Source: Candidatus Bathyarchaeota archaeon (GTDB taxonomy: Archaea > Thermoproteota > Bathyarchaeia > TCS64). From it: a stretch of DNA of 64,000 bases. The translations under genes were made by a program, and so were the position numbers. Below the pieces are notes generated by a model that was not told the DNA's origin, made no database searches, and worked only from the letters and a program-made list of their open reading frames with translations. Location: the NCBI GenBank assembly GCA_963771885.1, contig CAVYVF010000023.1, positions 352,001 to 416,000 of the forward strand, in the 5' to 3' direction. This document shows positions 1 through 10,027 of the stretch, piece by piece (position 1 is the first letter of the stretch; each line of letters starts with the position of its first letter).

Positions 1-471
1 GAGCTTCCAGTACTTCCCCTCGTAGCTGAAGACTTCTTTGTCGAACATGCCTCGGAGTATCTGGACGGCTTCCTTAAGGCGAGTAACGCGCTCGCCTGCC
101 TCGGGTATCCCCCTGCCTTTCTCCATGAGGTCATAGCCCTTGTACTCGGGGTCGTTCCAGCCAGCGCCGATGATGGTCTCGTATCGGCCCCCTGTCATGA
201 TGTCGAGTGTCGTGATCATCTTGGCGAGGACGGCAGGGTTGCGCATACTGTTGAAGAGGGTTATATGCCCGACCCTGATCTTCTTGGTCTGCATCGCTAT
301 CCCTGCAATCGTTGTCCACGCCTCGAGGGTGGGTTCCTTGCGGTCTCCACCAAGCCCCTCGAAGTGGTCGTTCAGGAAGACGCCGAATAGCCCGAGCTCC
401 TCCGCGTAGCGGGACACCTCGAGCATCGCCGGGTATGTGCCGGCTGGTCTTATGTATAGTCCGAAGTCCAT
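1..471 (-). CDS. LLM-class (luciferase-like) flavin/F420-dependent oxidoreductase, 5' part (runs off window)
   Basis: Not in the ORF track. My translation from ATG 471 gives MDFGLYIRP...AEELGLFGVFLNDHF...LEAWTTIAGIAMQTKKIRVG...RNPAVLAKMITTLDIMTGGR...GAGW, which are typical LLM motifs. Confidence 0.85.
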   Translation of the reverse strand, partial: MDFGLYIRPAGTYPAMLEVSRYAEELGLFGVFLNDHFEGLGGDRKEPTLEAWTTIAGIAMQTKKIRVGHITLFNSMRNPAVLAKMITTLDIMTGGRYETIIGAGWNDPEYKGYDLMEKGRGIPEAGERVTRLKEAVQILRGMFDKEVFSYEGKYWKL

Positions 472-796
472 GGGGGCATGAATCCAGTTCGCCGTATTTA
501 GGGATAACCAGTGGATAGGTGACACTGGTATACGGCTCCTCAATCTCCTTAAACGGCTGCGCCAAGCGTCACCCGACCAACTTTGTGCAGTCATGATGTT
601 TATGCAGCTAAAAAAGTAAAGCCGAGAAAGTCAGCGAAGATACGCAACCCCGTCGAGGACAAAGTGGTGGATGTGGAGTACATTAGCGCCTCCGCGAGAC
701 TTACCGAGGCTGTGGAGATTCTGCGTAAGTAGCTATTCCGCGCAGTCAGAGATAATGCTCCAAGCGGCGTGCGCGAGCAATTTCACTTCTATCATT

Positions 797-991
797 GGTG
801 AAATGGGAAAGATAGTCAAGTTTCCCATCACCTCGTTTCTCGGCATAATAATCTATTTACACTAGTCTAAAATTTGCGAAAGGGACATGGGAAACGGGGA
901 AACCAGGGGAAACATCACAGATCTGGGAAAAATGTATCTTTCGGAGGGAAAAATGGGAAACATACCTCTTAGGCGTGGGAAAAACGGGAAA
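797..991. repeat. GGGAAA direct-repeat cluster with an upstream imperfect hairpin
   Basis: GGGAAA starts at 805, 889, 897, 907, 925, 946, 955, 977 and 986. Inverted repeat GGTG(AA)ATGGGAAA 797-810 / TTTCCCATCACC 821-832. Confidence 0.7.
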
Positions 992-1129
992 AGGCAAACC
1001 GAGTTGTTCGCGCGATAAAATGTGGCGCGCGCAGCTCCTCCTACCTAAGCTGTGAAGATCTTGGGTATGTGGTCGCTCCTACGCCGTCAGGGATATAGCT
1101 CCTAGCGGAGTCTTTGAATCAGACAGACA

Positions 1130-2521
1130 TTGGCAAGAAAGCCGCACCCCTATATCCCAAACTCGGTCCCAGGCGTAAAGGCGGAGATGCTTCATGCCGT
1201 TGGAGCATCGAGCGCCGACGAACTCTACGCGGAGATGATACCAAACAGACTGCTCTTCAAGGGAAAGTTGGATCTACCCGAGGCTCTCCCAGCCGAGTAC
1301 GACCTGAAGAGACATGTCGCCGGGATGCTGTCTCGCGACAAGACAACGAGGGACACAGTCATATTCCTAGGTGGAGGCTGCTGGAACCACTTCGTGCCTC
1401 AGATTTGTGATGATATCGCTGGGAGAAGCGAGTTCCTCACCGCTTATACAGGGGGGTACTATAGCGACCTCGGGCGCTTCCAGGCAAACTGGGAGTTTCA
1501 GAGCCTCATCTGCGAGCTCGTAGGGATGGAGGTCAGCGGGATCCCCACATATGATTGGGGGAGTGCTGCGGGGAACGCGGTGAGAATGGCTTCACGCCTC
1601 ACGGGTAGGCGCGAGGTAATCGTACCCGCGCACATGAGCCCAGCGCGCCTCAGCATCGTCTCCAACTTCTGCAACCCAACTAGGATGCCTGATGCAATCA
1701 AGGTCATCAAGGTAGCATATGATAATACGACGGGAACACTCGACATCAATGACTTGAAGAAGAGGATCAGTGATAAGTCGGCGTGCATCTACTTCGAAAA
1801 CCCCGGCTACCTCGGCACCATTGAGGACCAGGGCGAGGAGATTTCTGAGATTGCTCACAGGGCTGGAGCGGAGGTTGTCGTAGGAGTTGATCCGATAAGC
1901 CTCGGTGTCCTGTCCCCACCGAGCGATTACGGAGCTGACATAGTCTGCGGTGAGGTTCAGCCGCTGGGCGTTCACATGAGCGCAGGCGGGGGACTTGCAG
2001 GCTTTATAGCAAGCAGGGACGAGGAGAGGTACGTGGCGGAGTACCCGCTGCGCCTAATCAGCGTCACCGGCACCACTGTGGAGGGGGAGCGCGGCTTCGG
2101 TCAGGCAAAGTACGAGCGCACAAGCTACATGGCGCGAGAGAAGGCGAAGGATTGGGTCGGTACCACCACCGCCCTTCACGGCATTATTGCGGCGGTTTAT
2201 ATGAGTCTACTCGGACCCGATGGGATGAGAGATGTCGGGGAGGCGATTCTACAGAAGAGCCATTACGCGGCGAGGAGACTCAGCGAAATAGCCGAGGTTA
2301 AGTTCCCTGGCTTCTTCAAAGAGTTCCCTCTGTGCTTCGATGCGTCGAAGAAGAAAGTCGGACAAGTGAATAAGGCCTTACTCAAGAGGGGAATCCTCGG
2401 GGGAAAAGATGTCTCCCGAGAGTTCCCAGAACTAGGACAGTCGGCGCTAACGTGCTTCACCGAGGTGCACTCAAAAGCGGACATAGATGGATTCGCCGAC
2501 GCGCTAGAGGCGATACTATGA
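1130..2521 (+). CDS. gcvPA: Glycine dehydrogenase (decarboxylating) subunit 1
   Basis: HPYIPN, FLGGG, SEFLTAYT, FENPGYLG and GADIVCGE motifs; paired with subunit 2. Confidence 0.92.
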   Translation: MARKPHPYIPNSVPGVKAEMLHAVGASSADELYAEMIPNRLLFKGKLDLPEALPAEYDLKRHVAGMLSRDKTTRDTVIFLGGGCWNHFVPQICDDIAGRSEFLTAYTGGYYSDLGRFQANWEFQSLICELVGMEVSGIPTYDWGSAAGNAVRMASRLTGRREVIVPAHMSPARLSIVSNFCNPTRMPDAIKVIKVAYDNTTGTLDINDLKKRISDKSACIYFENPGYLGTIEDQGEEISEIAHRAGAEVVVGVDPISLGVLSPPSDYGADIVCGEVQPLGVHMSAGGGLAGFIASRDEERYVAEYPLRLISVTGTTVEGERGFGQAKYERTSYMAREKAKDWVGTTTALHGIIAAVYMSLLGPDGMRDVGEAILQKSHYAARRLSEIAEVKFPGFFKEFPLCFDASKKKVGQVNKALLKRGILGGKDVSREFPELGQSALTCFTEVHSKADIDGFADALEAIL

Positions 2522-4062
2522 TGACTTGTCCGAAGGTTCGACCATATCACGCAACGGTCTGGAGCGAGCCCCTCATCCACGAACTCGGACGCGAGGGGGA
2601 GAGAGGCGTCATCCTCCCAGCCGTCGAGGCGGAGATAACGGAGAGCGTCGGTGAAGTCGAGTCGCTCATTCCCAAGAAGATGAGGCGGAGGGGGAAGCCG
2701 GAGCTCCCCGAGCTCAGCCAGCCCCAGGTCCTTCGCCACTGGCTACACCTGAGCCAGATGACGCTTGGCATGGAGGGGGACATCGACCTCGGCGTCGGCA
2801 CATGCACTATGAAGTACAGCCCCAAGGTGAACGAGGAGCTCGCCGCAATGATCTCGGGGATGCATCCCGACCAGCCCGAGGAGACGATGCAGGGGCTACT
2901 GGAGTTAGCGTGGCGCTTCGGCGACGTCTACCTCCGGGAGATCAGCGGGATGGAGGCGTTTACGTTCCAGCCTCCGGGCGGCTCGGCGGGTGCCTTCAAC
3001 AATGCCGCCATCATGAGGAAGTACCACGAGCTGAACGGTGAGTTGGGGCAGCGGGACGAGGTCATCACGACAATCTTCAGCCACCCGTGCGACGCTGCGT
3101 GCCCCGCGACGGCGGGCTTCAAGGTGGTTACTCTGTATCCGGACGAGGAAACGGGACACCCCAGCGTCGAGGCGCTTAAGGCGGCGGTCAGCAAGCACAC
3201 AGCGGGGATATTCGTCACCAACCCCGAGGACACGGGCATATTCAACCGCGACATTGACGAGTGGACGAGGATAGTCCACGAGGCAGGTGGACTCTGCGCC
3301 TACGACCAGGCGAACCTCAACGCGGTGATGGGCGTAACACGGGCGAGGGAAGCGGGCTTCGACATGAGCTTCTTCAACTTGCACAAAACGTTCAGCAGCC
3401 CACACGGTTCGTCTGGGCCGGGGTCGGGGGCGGTAGGCGTTACCAAGGAGTTGGAGGACCTGCTTCCCATCCCCGTAATCGTGAAGAAGAAGGAAAAGTT
3501 TCACCTCGACTATAATCGCCCGAAGAGCATCGGGCGTGTACGCGACTTTCTCGGTAACCTGCAGGTTGTCGTACGCGCCTACGCGTGGGCGGTGGCGATG
3601 GGCGCCGAGGGGCTCAGGGAAGCGGCTGAGGTCAGCATGATAAACAACCAGTACCTCAGCGAGAAGATGAGGGAGGTTCCTGGGGTCTCTAAGCCCTACG
3701 GTGGGATGCGACTCGACCAAGCGCGGTGGAGCCTCGAGAAGCTCAAGAAGGAGACGGGCTGCGGGATTGGCGACGTAAACAAGCGTGTCATCGACTATGG
3801 TGTACAGAGCTTCTTCACTAGCCATCATCCCTGGATAGTGCCCGAGCCATTCACCCCGGAGCCATGCGAGACCTACAGCAAAGCTGACATCGACTACTGG
3901 GTTACCGTGCTTAAGCGGGTCTGCGAGGAGGCTTACGAAGACCCGAAGATATTGAAGAATGCGCCGCACAACTCGTCGATACACACGATCGACGTGGCGC
4001 CGTTAGACGATCCGATGCGTTGGGCGATGAGCTGGAGGGCGTACAGGAGGAAAATGAAGTGA
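2518..4062 (+). CDS. gcvPB: Glycine dehydrogenase (decarboxylating) subunit 2
   Basis: GTCTMKYSP, TNPEDTG and PLP-lysine motif NLHKTFSSPHG; ATG overlaps the gcvPA stop. Confidence 0.92.
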   Translation: MMTCPKVRPYHATVWSEPLIHELGREGERGVILPAVEAEITESVGEVESLIPKKMRRRGKPELPELSQPQVLRHWLHLSQMTLGMEGDIDLGVGTCTMKYSPKVNEELAAMISGMHPDQPEETMQGLLELAWRFGDVYLREISGMEAFTFQPPGGSAGAFNNAAIMRKYHELNGELGQRDEVITTIFSHPCDAACPATAGFKVVTLYPDEETGHPSVEALKAAVSKHTAGIFVTNPEDTGIFNRDIDEWTRIVHEAGGLCAYDQANLNAVMGVTRAREAGFDMSFFNLHKTFSSPHGSSGPGSGAVGVTKELEDLLPIPVIVKKKEKFHLDYNRPKSIGRVRDFLGNLQVVVRAYAWAVAMGAEGLREAAEVSMINNQYLSEKMREVPGVSKPYGGMRLDQARWSLEKLKKETGCGIGDVNKRVIDYGVQSFFTSHHPWIVPEPFTPEPCETYSKADIDYWVTVLKRVCEEAYEDPKILKNAPHNSSIHTIDVAPLDDPMRWAMSWRAYRRKMK

Positions 4063-4865
4063 ATAGGCTTGAGGGCAAAGTTGTGGTTGTTACGGGTTCG
4101 GCGCAGGGCATAGGCGCCGGTATTGCGAGGGTGCTCGCCTCACACGGAGCGACCGTCTGCCTCGCCGACATACAGGAGAGCGTCGAGCAGACGGCGGAAA
4201 CTATCCGCATGGTTGGAGGTAAGGCGAGCGCATACAGGATCGACGTGACTAAGTCAGAGAGCGTCGAGGCGACCTTCGAGAAGATATCAACAGACCACGC
4301 ACGCATCGACGTACTCGTCAACAACGCGGGCATCTACCCCCGGCGCAGGCTGTTGGAGATGGACGAGGAGTTCCTTCACCGCCTCTTCGAGATAAATGTC
4401 TTCGGTATGTTCCGCTGCGCGAAGGCGGTGCTTCCCGGGATGATGGAGAGGCGCTACGGGAAAATCGTGAACATGAGCAGTGTAACGGGACCGATGGTGG
4501 GGACACCGGCGGGGGGTCAGACTGCATACGGCTCCTCGAAAGCGGCTGTGATAGGCTTTACGAAGGCCCTCGCCCTCGAGACGGCACAGTACATGATCAA
4601 CGTCAACTGCATACTCCCCGGCTACGTCTACAGCCCGAGCGCATTCGGTATAAGGGGAAGCGCGGGAGGTGAGGATGCTGAGGCGGCAATGCACGAGTTC
4701 GGGCGCAAGATACCCATGTGCAGGCAGGGAAACCCCGAGGACGTCGGAAACCTCGTCCTATTCCTCGCGAGCGACGAGGCGAGCTACCTCACCGGCTCTG
4801 AAGTAGTAATCGACGGGGGGAACATTCTACAGGAGGAGTACCTGGGACCCTACTCCCAAAAGTAG
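4059..4865 (+). CDS. Short-chain dehydrogenase/reductase (UcpA/FabG-like)
   Basis: TGSAQGIG, NNAG and YGSSK; GTG start overlaps the gcvPB stop. Confidence 0.9.
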   Translation: MNRLEGKVVVVTGSAQGIGAGIARVLASHGATVCLADIQESVEQTAETIRMVGGKASAYRIDVTKSESVEATFEKISTDHARIDVLVNNAGIYPRRRLLEMDEEFLHRLFEINVFGMFRCAKAVLPGMMERRYGKIVNMSSVTGPMVGTPAGGQTAYGSSKAAVIGFTKALALETAQYMINVNCILPGYVYSPSAFGIRGSAGGEDAEAAMHEFGRKIPMCRQGNPEDVGNLVLFLASDEASYLTGSEVVIDGGNILQEEYLGPYSQK

Positions 4866-5165
4866 GGTAGTTGCGAATACATGTCTCGTGGCTTGTATAG
4901 AGCCACCAGGAGCTTTTCCTCAACTACCCAGATTGCATCGTTTTCGACTTGTTTCATTTTTTGAAGCTTTTTAATAGTAGTTTATTGGTGGTTGGCGACG
5001 GAGGTTCGGTGGCGTAGCTGTCAATGCGTGGCGCGCAGCCGCTTCCTCTGGGATAGCGACGATAATTACTAGCTTTATTTACTGAGTTGGGGGGGGGCGA
5101 ACGCGTCATACTCCTATAGCCACACTATCACGTTTTATATCCTTCACGGGAAAGTTACACTCGGG

Positions 5166-6479
5166 TTGTCCCCGGATCCCATTCTGGCTCAGACCCTTTG
5201 CTGGTCGGGGCTTCTCTCTTTGCTTGGGTTAGCAGTAGTCTTGAGGCATAGGGCGTCAGGAATACCTGATTTCTCGATCACTGTGTACATCGGGTTGGGG
5301 GTGGTGATGTCTGCCGTCGCTGTGACTATCGGGCTAAACCTTTACGTCGGGCCGGTGTTCGCCTTCGCGGCAGGTTGCCTCCTGGGTCTCGGCCACTACC
5401 GTGGAGTTATTGGGATGATGGAGCGGAGGGGCGATGATGCGGTGAGGCGCTCCTTGGGGGCGATCGGCTTCCAGATCATTGGCAGCGCGCTCCTCGCCTG
5501 CATAGCTTATGGGTTCGACACGCGTCCGGGGGAACGCCTTTACATTTTCCACAGCTTGCAACAGTACGACTTCACGGTAATCGATACAAAGGGCATCTTC
5601 CTAGTCGTGCCACTCGTCTGCATAGCCGTATACTTCGTGATTCTGGCGCTGTCTCGGAGGACTATATTGGGGTCGCTGATCACCGCCTCGGGTGAGGCTC
5701 CCGAACTGGCGATGATTCAGGGTGTGAATCCGTGGAGGGTGAAACTCAACGTATGGGTTTTCTCGGGTGGTCTAGCGGCGCTCGCTGGCTCGCTATTCCC
5801 GCCGTTCTGGCATATAGATCCTGGATGGGAGGCCCCGTTCCTTTTACCGATCTTCGCCGTCGGCGTTCTAAGCGGCTTTGAGTACCTGCTCGTCGCTGTC
5901 ATCGCATCTTACATCGTCGGCATCACTGAGATAATGGGCACACTCTGGGGGCAGGTCAACTTCGGTACATGGGTTGGGGCGTTCAGGCCGCTCTTCTCTA
6001 TGGCGTTCATCTACTTCGGGATGCTGCTCATCCCCCGCGGCCTCGTCGAGGTGAAGGAATTATACACGGACATAAGGGGAGGCGTCAAGCCCATCAGGCG
6101 AAGGCTTTTCGTTGTCTACCTCATCGTACTGGCGCTCGTAGGGATGGCTATCGTATCCGACGTCGTCTACGTTAACTCCAAGGAGGCCTCGATGGTGGAT
6201 ACAACGGCGGGCTGGGTGAACGCCGCTAACAGGGTGGGTGTCGCCGGGGCGAGAATCTATCCGGATACTCAAGACCCCCGTCTACTTAACAGCCAATACT
6301 TCGAGAACGTCTACCCGCCGGATCAGGTGTACACGATCTACTCTATCCGAGAGTTCATGGAGATCATCAAGGTCAGGGAAGCAACCATCGTCTATATGCA
6401 TGATAACGCCCTCTACCTCATCGTCGACCAAACACTCGGCTACGTCTACTACCCAAGCTACGACAACTTCGGGCGCTAG
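5166..6479 (+). CDS. Branched-chain amino-acid ABC permease-like (LivH/LivM) membrane protein with C-terminal extension
   Basis: Multiple TM segments; ASGEAPELAMIQGVNP...SGGLAALAGSL resembles the LivH signature. Confidence 0.7.
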   Translation: MSPDPILAQTLCWSGLLSLLGLAVVLRHRASGIPDFSITVYIGLGVVMSAVAVTIGLNLYVGPVFAFAAGCLLGLGHYRGVIGMMERRGDDAVRRSLGAIGFQIIGSALLACIAYGFDTRPGERLYIFHSLQQYDFTVIDTKGIFLVVPLVCIAVYFVILALSRRTILGSLITASGEAPELAMIQGVNPWRVKLNVWVFSGGLAALAGSLFPPFWHIDPGWEAPFLLPIFAVGVLSGFEYLLVAVIASYIVGITEIMGTLWGQVNFGTWVGAFRPLFSMAFIYFGMLLIPRGLVEVKELYTDIRGGVKPIRRRLFVVYLIVLALVGMAIVSDVVYVNSKEASMVDTTAGWVNAANRVGVAGARIYPDTQDPRLLNSQYFENVYPPDQVYTIYSIREFMEIIKVREATIVYMHDNALYLIVDQTLGYVYYPSYDNFGR

Positions 6480-7591
6480 ATGGTCTTGATGCGGTAGACG
6501 ACGCGTCTGCCGTAGTCGGTGACGACCTTCGCGTAACCGGTGAGCTCGGTGTCGAGTGCCGGGTCGCCCGTGTCAACTAGGAGTGGCTTGCCGTGGAGAG
6601 TGGCGAGCTTCGCCGGCGTCGCCGCTATGACTATGTTCTTCAGACCTACGGCGCGTATGACGCGTGGGCTTATTTGCTGATTGCCTCGTCCGAAGACGAA
6701 TCCCTGGCCTCCGATGGCAGTAACTATAATCTTAGCTTTCTTCCCCGAGACCAGCTTGAGGAGCTGCTCCTCGTTCACGTCCGAGGCGACTATCCTGCGA
6801 TCTTTCACGACGTCGACGCCGAGGAGCGTCTTCACGAGTCCGAGGTGCTCGGCGACGCTGCTTACCGTAGAGCCAGGACCGAGGACATATAACGTCTCAG
6901 CGTCCATCTCGTCGGTGAGGTCCACCGCGATCGCCCTGAGGTTCTCCCCCTCGTCGACGGGGTTCGCCTCCTTACTCCCTTGAATGTACGCCTCATCCCG
7001 GGGTACGCGTAGGTAGCCGTAGAGGCGGGCGCTTAGCCGGTTGTCCCTGAAGGCGTCTTCATCGATGTCCATGACCTCTGCAAGCTGGACAGACCTCACC
7101 TCTTCGCGTAAGTACTTGGTTGCGAGGTCGCCAGCGGCGGCCGGCGAAACGGCGTAGACACCCGAGTGAATCTTGACACCTGTGGGTATACCGAGGGCTA
7201 CTACCCTGCCGTCCACTACCTCGCAGATGTCCCGCGCCGTGCCGTCGCCACCAGCGAATAGGAGAAGATCGACGCCAAGCCCCATCATCTCTGATGCAGC
7301 GGCCTTAGTGTCGGCAGAGGTCGTCTTGCCCGCTATTATCTTGCCTATGACCCTGGGTGCGAAGCCCGCCGTGCGCGCTTCGTCCTCCCCCATCTCCCTA
7401 GGGTAGGTGACAATTTCGACATCCTTCACGGTAGCGAGGTGCCTGAGTGCTTCCGTAGCCCTCCCCGGCGAGGTCTCAATGGCGCCCAGCTCCCTCGCCA
7501 TCCTCAGTGTCTCCGCGCCGTCACTACCCTTAAGCCCGACGCGTCCACCCATCCCCGCAACTGGGTTAACGATCAATCCGAGGCGCTTCAA
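6476..7591 (-). CDS. ATP-NAD kinase family protein
   Basis: GLIVNPVAGMGG, GGDGTARD, GIPTGVKIHSG and GRGNQQ. Confidence 0.85.
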   Translation of the reverse strand: MKRLGLIVNPVAGMGGRVGLKGSDGAETLRMARELGAIETSPGRATEALRHLATVKDVEIVTYPREMGEDEARTAGFAPRVIGKIIAGKTTSADTKAAASEMMGLGVDLLLFAGGDGTARDICEVVDGRVVALGIPTGVKIHSGVYAVSPAAAGDLATKYLREEVRSVQLAEVMDIDEDAFRDNRLSARLYGYLRVPRDEAYIQGSKEANPVDEGENLRAIAVDLTDEMDAETLYVLGPGSTVSSVAEHLGLVKTLLGVDVVKDRRIVASDVNEEQLLKLVSGKKAKIIVTAIGGQGFVFGRGNQQISPRVIRAVGLKNIVIAATPAKLATLHGKPLLVDTGDPALDTELTGYAKVVTDYGRRVVYRIKTI

Positions 7592-7727
7592 CTACCCCTC
7601 AAGGAACAGTGGAGGCGGGAATTTAAACTCCACCCGCCCCAATTATTGAGTATATAGAAACTATTTGGGTTGCACTTATACACCCAGAAATGTGACTCTT
7701 AACTGAAGATAGGAGGAATTAAAAACC

Positions 7728-9578
7728 ATGTCGCTATTCGGTTCGGCAGGTGGTTCAATGGTCACATGGCTAATTATAGCCATAGTGTTACTCGTATTGC
7801 TACTGATCTTCATCCTACCCGGCTTCGCCCTGGTCCGGGACAACGAGGTAGGCATACTAACAAAGAAGATGTCTGGAAAGAAGCTCCCGCAGGGTAAAAT
7901 TATCGCCTCGGAGGGCGAGATCGGTGTCCAGGCTGACACCCTGATGCCTGGGCTATACTGGCGATTCCCAATAATCTGGAAAATAAACAAGAGCCGGGTC
8001 ACCCAGATACCCCAGGGCAGCATTGGCATAATCGAGTCAATAGACGGCCAACCCCTACAGAAGGGCAGACTCCTCGCCGACGACGTCGAGTGCAACTCCT
8101 TCCAGGACGCGAGGGCATTCCTGAGGAATGGGGGTAGGAAGGGGCCGCAGGTAGCCATCCTCCTCCCCGGTACCTACCGCATCAACACGGCGGTCTTCAG
8201 GATAGAGCTCACCCCAGCCCTTCAAGTGCCGAAGGAGATGGTAGGCGTAGTAGTCGCAATGGATGGCACGCCGCTCCCATCCGGTTACATTGTCGCACCC
8301 GCGCCAAAAGGGGATCATAAGCACTTCCAGGACGGCCAGGCTTTCATCAGTGCTGAGGGATATAGGGGGCCACAGCTTGAGACCCTCCAGCCCGGTGAGT
8401 ACTACATTAACAAGCGTCTATTCGCAGTCACCCTCTATAGCGTCGCCGTCGTCCCGCCGGGCTACGTCGCTGTGGTGATCTCCAGTGTCGGCAAGGAGCT
8501 CGCCAGCTCCCCCATGGCGCCCAGTATAACTATCACGCCCGACCTCAGTCAGCCCCTACACGAGGCCGTTGAGTCCCTGCTCATCACCGACAGGAACGAG
8601 CGCGGTATATTCAGGGATCCCATCGCCCCGGGCACGTACAACCTCAACATGATCGCCTACAAGGCTGAGCTAGTACCAACCAGCGCCATCACCATCGACT
8701 GGGCCAGCTCGCAGGGACCCGCCGAGACGAAGATAATTGGCCACCAGAAGGAGGAGGTGGGCCAGAGCGCCAAGATAACCGAGTTCTTCAAGTTCAGCCA
8801 GCTCAAGGTCACATCGAAAGACGGCTTCCAGTTAGACGTCGACGTAAGGCTCATCATACGCATCCCACCACCGAACGCCCCATTCGTCATCGCCCGCTTC
8901 GGAACCGTGAGCAACCTCATCGAGCAGGTCGCCCACCCACTCATCGACAGCAGCTTCCGTAACGAAGCAGGCAAGAAAGCGGCGATGGAGTTCGTGCACA
9001 GCCGCACCGAACTCCAGCTGCAGGCCCTCGAGAAAGCGCGTGAGGAGTTCAGCAAGTACCACGTCGAGGTCCAGGGACTGCTCATCGCCTATATCAACGT
9101 CGACACGCAGCTCCTCGAGACCCAGACAAAAAAGGAGATCGCTGTACAGCAGCAGAAGCAGTACGAGCAGGAGGCGCTTGCTCAGGAGCAGCGCATCGCC
9201 GTTGCCGAAAAAACCGCTAGGGCTAACCAGCAGGAGAATGTCATCTCTGCCAAACTCAGCATCGAGATCGCTGCGGACCGCGCCGAAGCAGCGCGCCGCG
9301 AGGCCGAAGGCATACGCGATGCAACCAAGACCAAGGCCGACGGTACCGCCTACGAGAATGAGCAGGTAGGCGAAGGTCTAGCTGCCGCGTACAGGGCGCA
9401 AACCGAGGTGCTCGGGCAGCAGAACGTCGCCGCACTCAAGCTCTTCGAGGAGATAGCCAACGGCAAGATAGTGATAACCCCCGAGGTACAGGTCACTGGG
9501 GGTGGAGAGAACTCGGGCAACCTCGTAAACGCCTTACTAGCTACGATGCTCAAAAAGAGCAAGACGACTACCCAATAA
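7728..9578 (+). CDS. Large SPFH/band-7 (flotillin-like) membrane protein
   Basis: N-terminal TM, SPFH core (SKDGF...DV...IIRI) and C-terminal Glu/Ala/Gln coiled coil. Confidence 0.8.
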   Translation: MSLFGSAGGSMVTWLIIAIVLLVLLLIFILPGFALVRDNEVGILTKKMSGKKLPQGKIIASEGEIGVQADTLMPGLYWRFPIIWKINKSRVTQIPQGSIGIIESIDGQPLQKGRLLADDVECNSFQDARAFLRNGGRKGPQVAILLPGTYRINTAVFRIELTPALQVPKEMVGVVVAMDGTPLPSGYIVAPAPKGDHKHFQDGQAFISAEGYRGPQLETLQPGEYYINKRLFAVTLYSVAVVPPGYVAVVISSVGKELASSPMAPSITITPDLSQPLHEAVESLLITDRNERGIFRDPIAPGTYNLNMIAYKAELVPTSAITIDWASSQGPAETKIIGHQKEEVGQSAKITEFFKFSQLKVTSKDGFQLDVDVRLIIRIPPPNAPFVIARFGTVSNLIEQVAHPLIDSSFRNEAGKKAAMEFVHSRTELQLQALEKAREEFSKYHVEVQGLLIAYINVDTQLLETQTKKEIAVQQQKQYEQEALAQEQRIAVAEKTARANQQENVISAKLSIEIAADRAEAARREAEGIRDATKTKADGTAYENEQVGEGLAAAYRAQTEVLGQQNVAALKLFEEIANGKIVITPEVQVTGGGENSGNLVNALLATMLKKSKTTTQ

Positions 9579-9988
9579 TTTTTTTAACCCTTCTCGGGGG
9601 CTTACCCGTGAAAACGTTGACACCTGTTACTGGGCTCCCTGCGAGCCTCTTGAAGCTGTTTATCTGCCCCGTAAACGTCAGGGCGTCCGAGAACGGACCA
9701 TTTACCATGTTCCCGAACGGCTTATCACGTATACGGAGCCTGTTAAGTCCTCGTCGCTTATCGCCAGCGCGCACGCGAGGCGCTCACCCAGTTCACGAGT
9801 TCCCAGATGTATAAGACGAGTTCCCCAACACTCATCATGTCATCGGCGGGGCGAAAGGAGAAGTCATCTGGGCGTAGCCATTTAGTGGCTCAATAGAAGC
9901 GGAACCCGAGACCGTCGAGCATTCGCTGAAGCACAGATGTGCCCGAAATGTGATCAGGGTGTTCAGGAATTCTATAGTAATCGTCCAT
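9568..9988 (-). pseudogene. Degraded DinB-like hypothetical protein gene
   Basis: ATG 9988 MDDYYRIPEHP...RMLDGLGFRFY*ATKWL (TGA 9890-9892), then a frame change to ...PFGNMVNGPFSDALTFTGQINSFKRLAGSP. Confidence 0.65.
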
Positions 9989-10027
9989 CTTTCTCACGTT
10001 CGCGCCTTTCCCTAAAAATTTGAGTGG

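Noticed and set aside
131..565. 144-aa track ORF on the minus strand
   Set aside because: Wrong frame; the real gene is the LLM oxidoreductase starting at 471
2905..3984. Long antisense ORF (similarly 14678-15532 and 20231-21106)
   Set aside because: Shadow ORFs opposite well-conserved genes, expected with high GC at third codon positions
9890..9892. In-frame TGA as selenocysteine or recoding
   Set aside because: It falls at a Trp position, the gene has other lesions, and TGA is a normal stop elsewhere in the window
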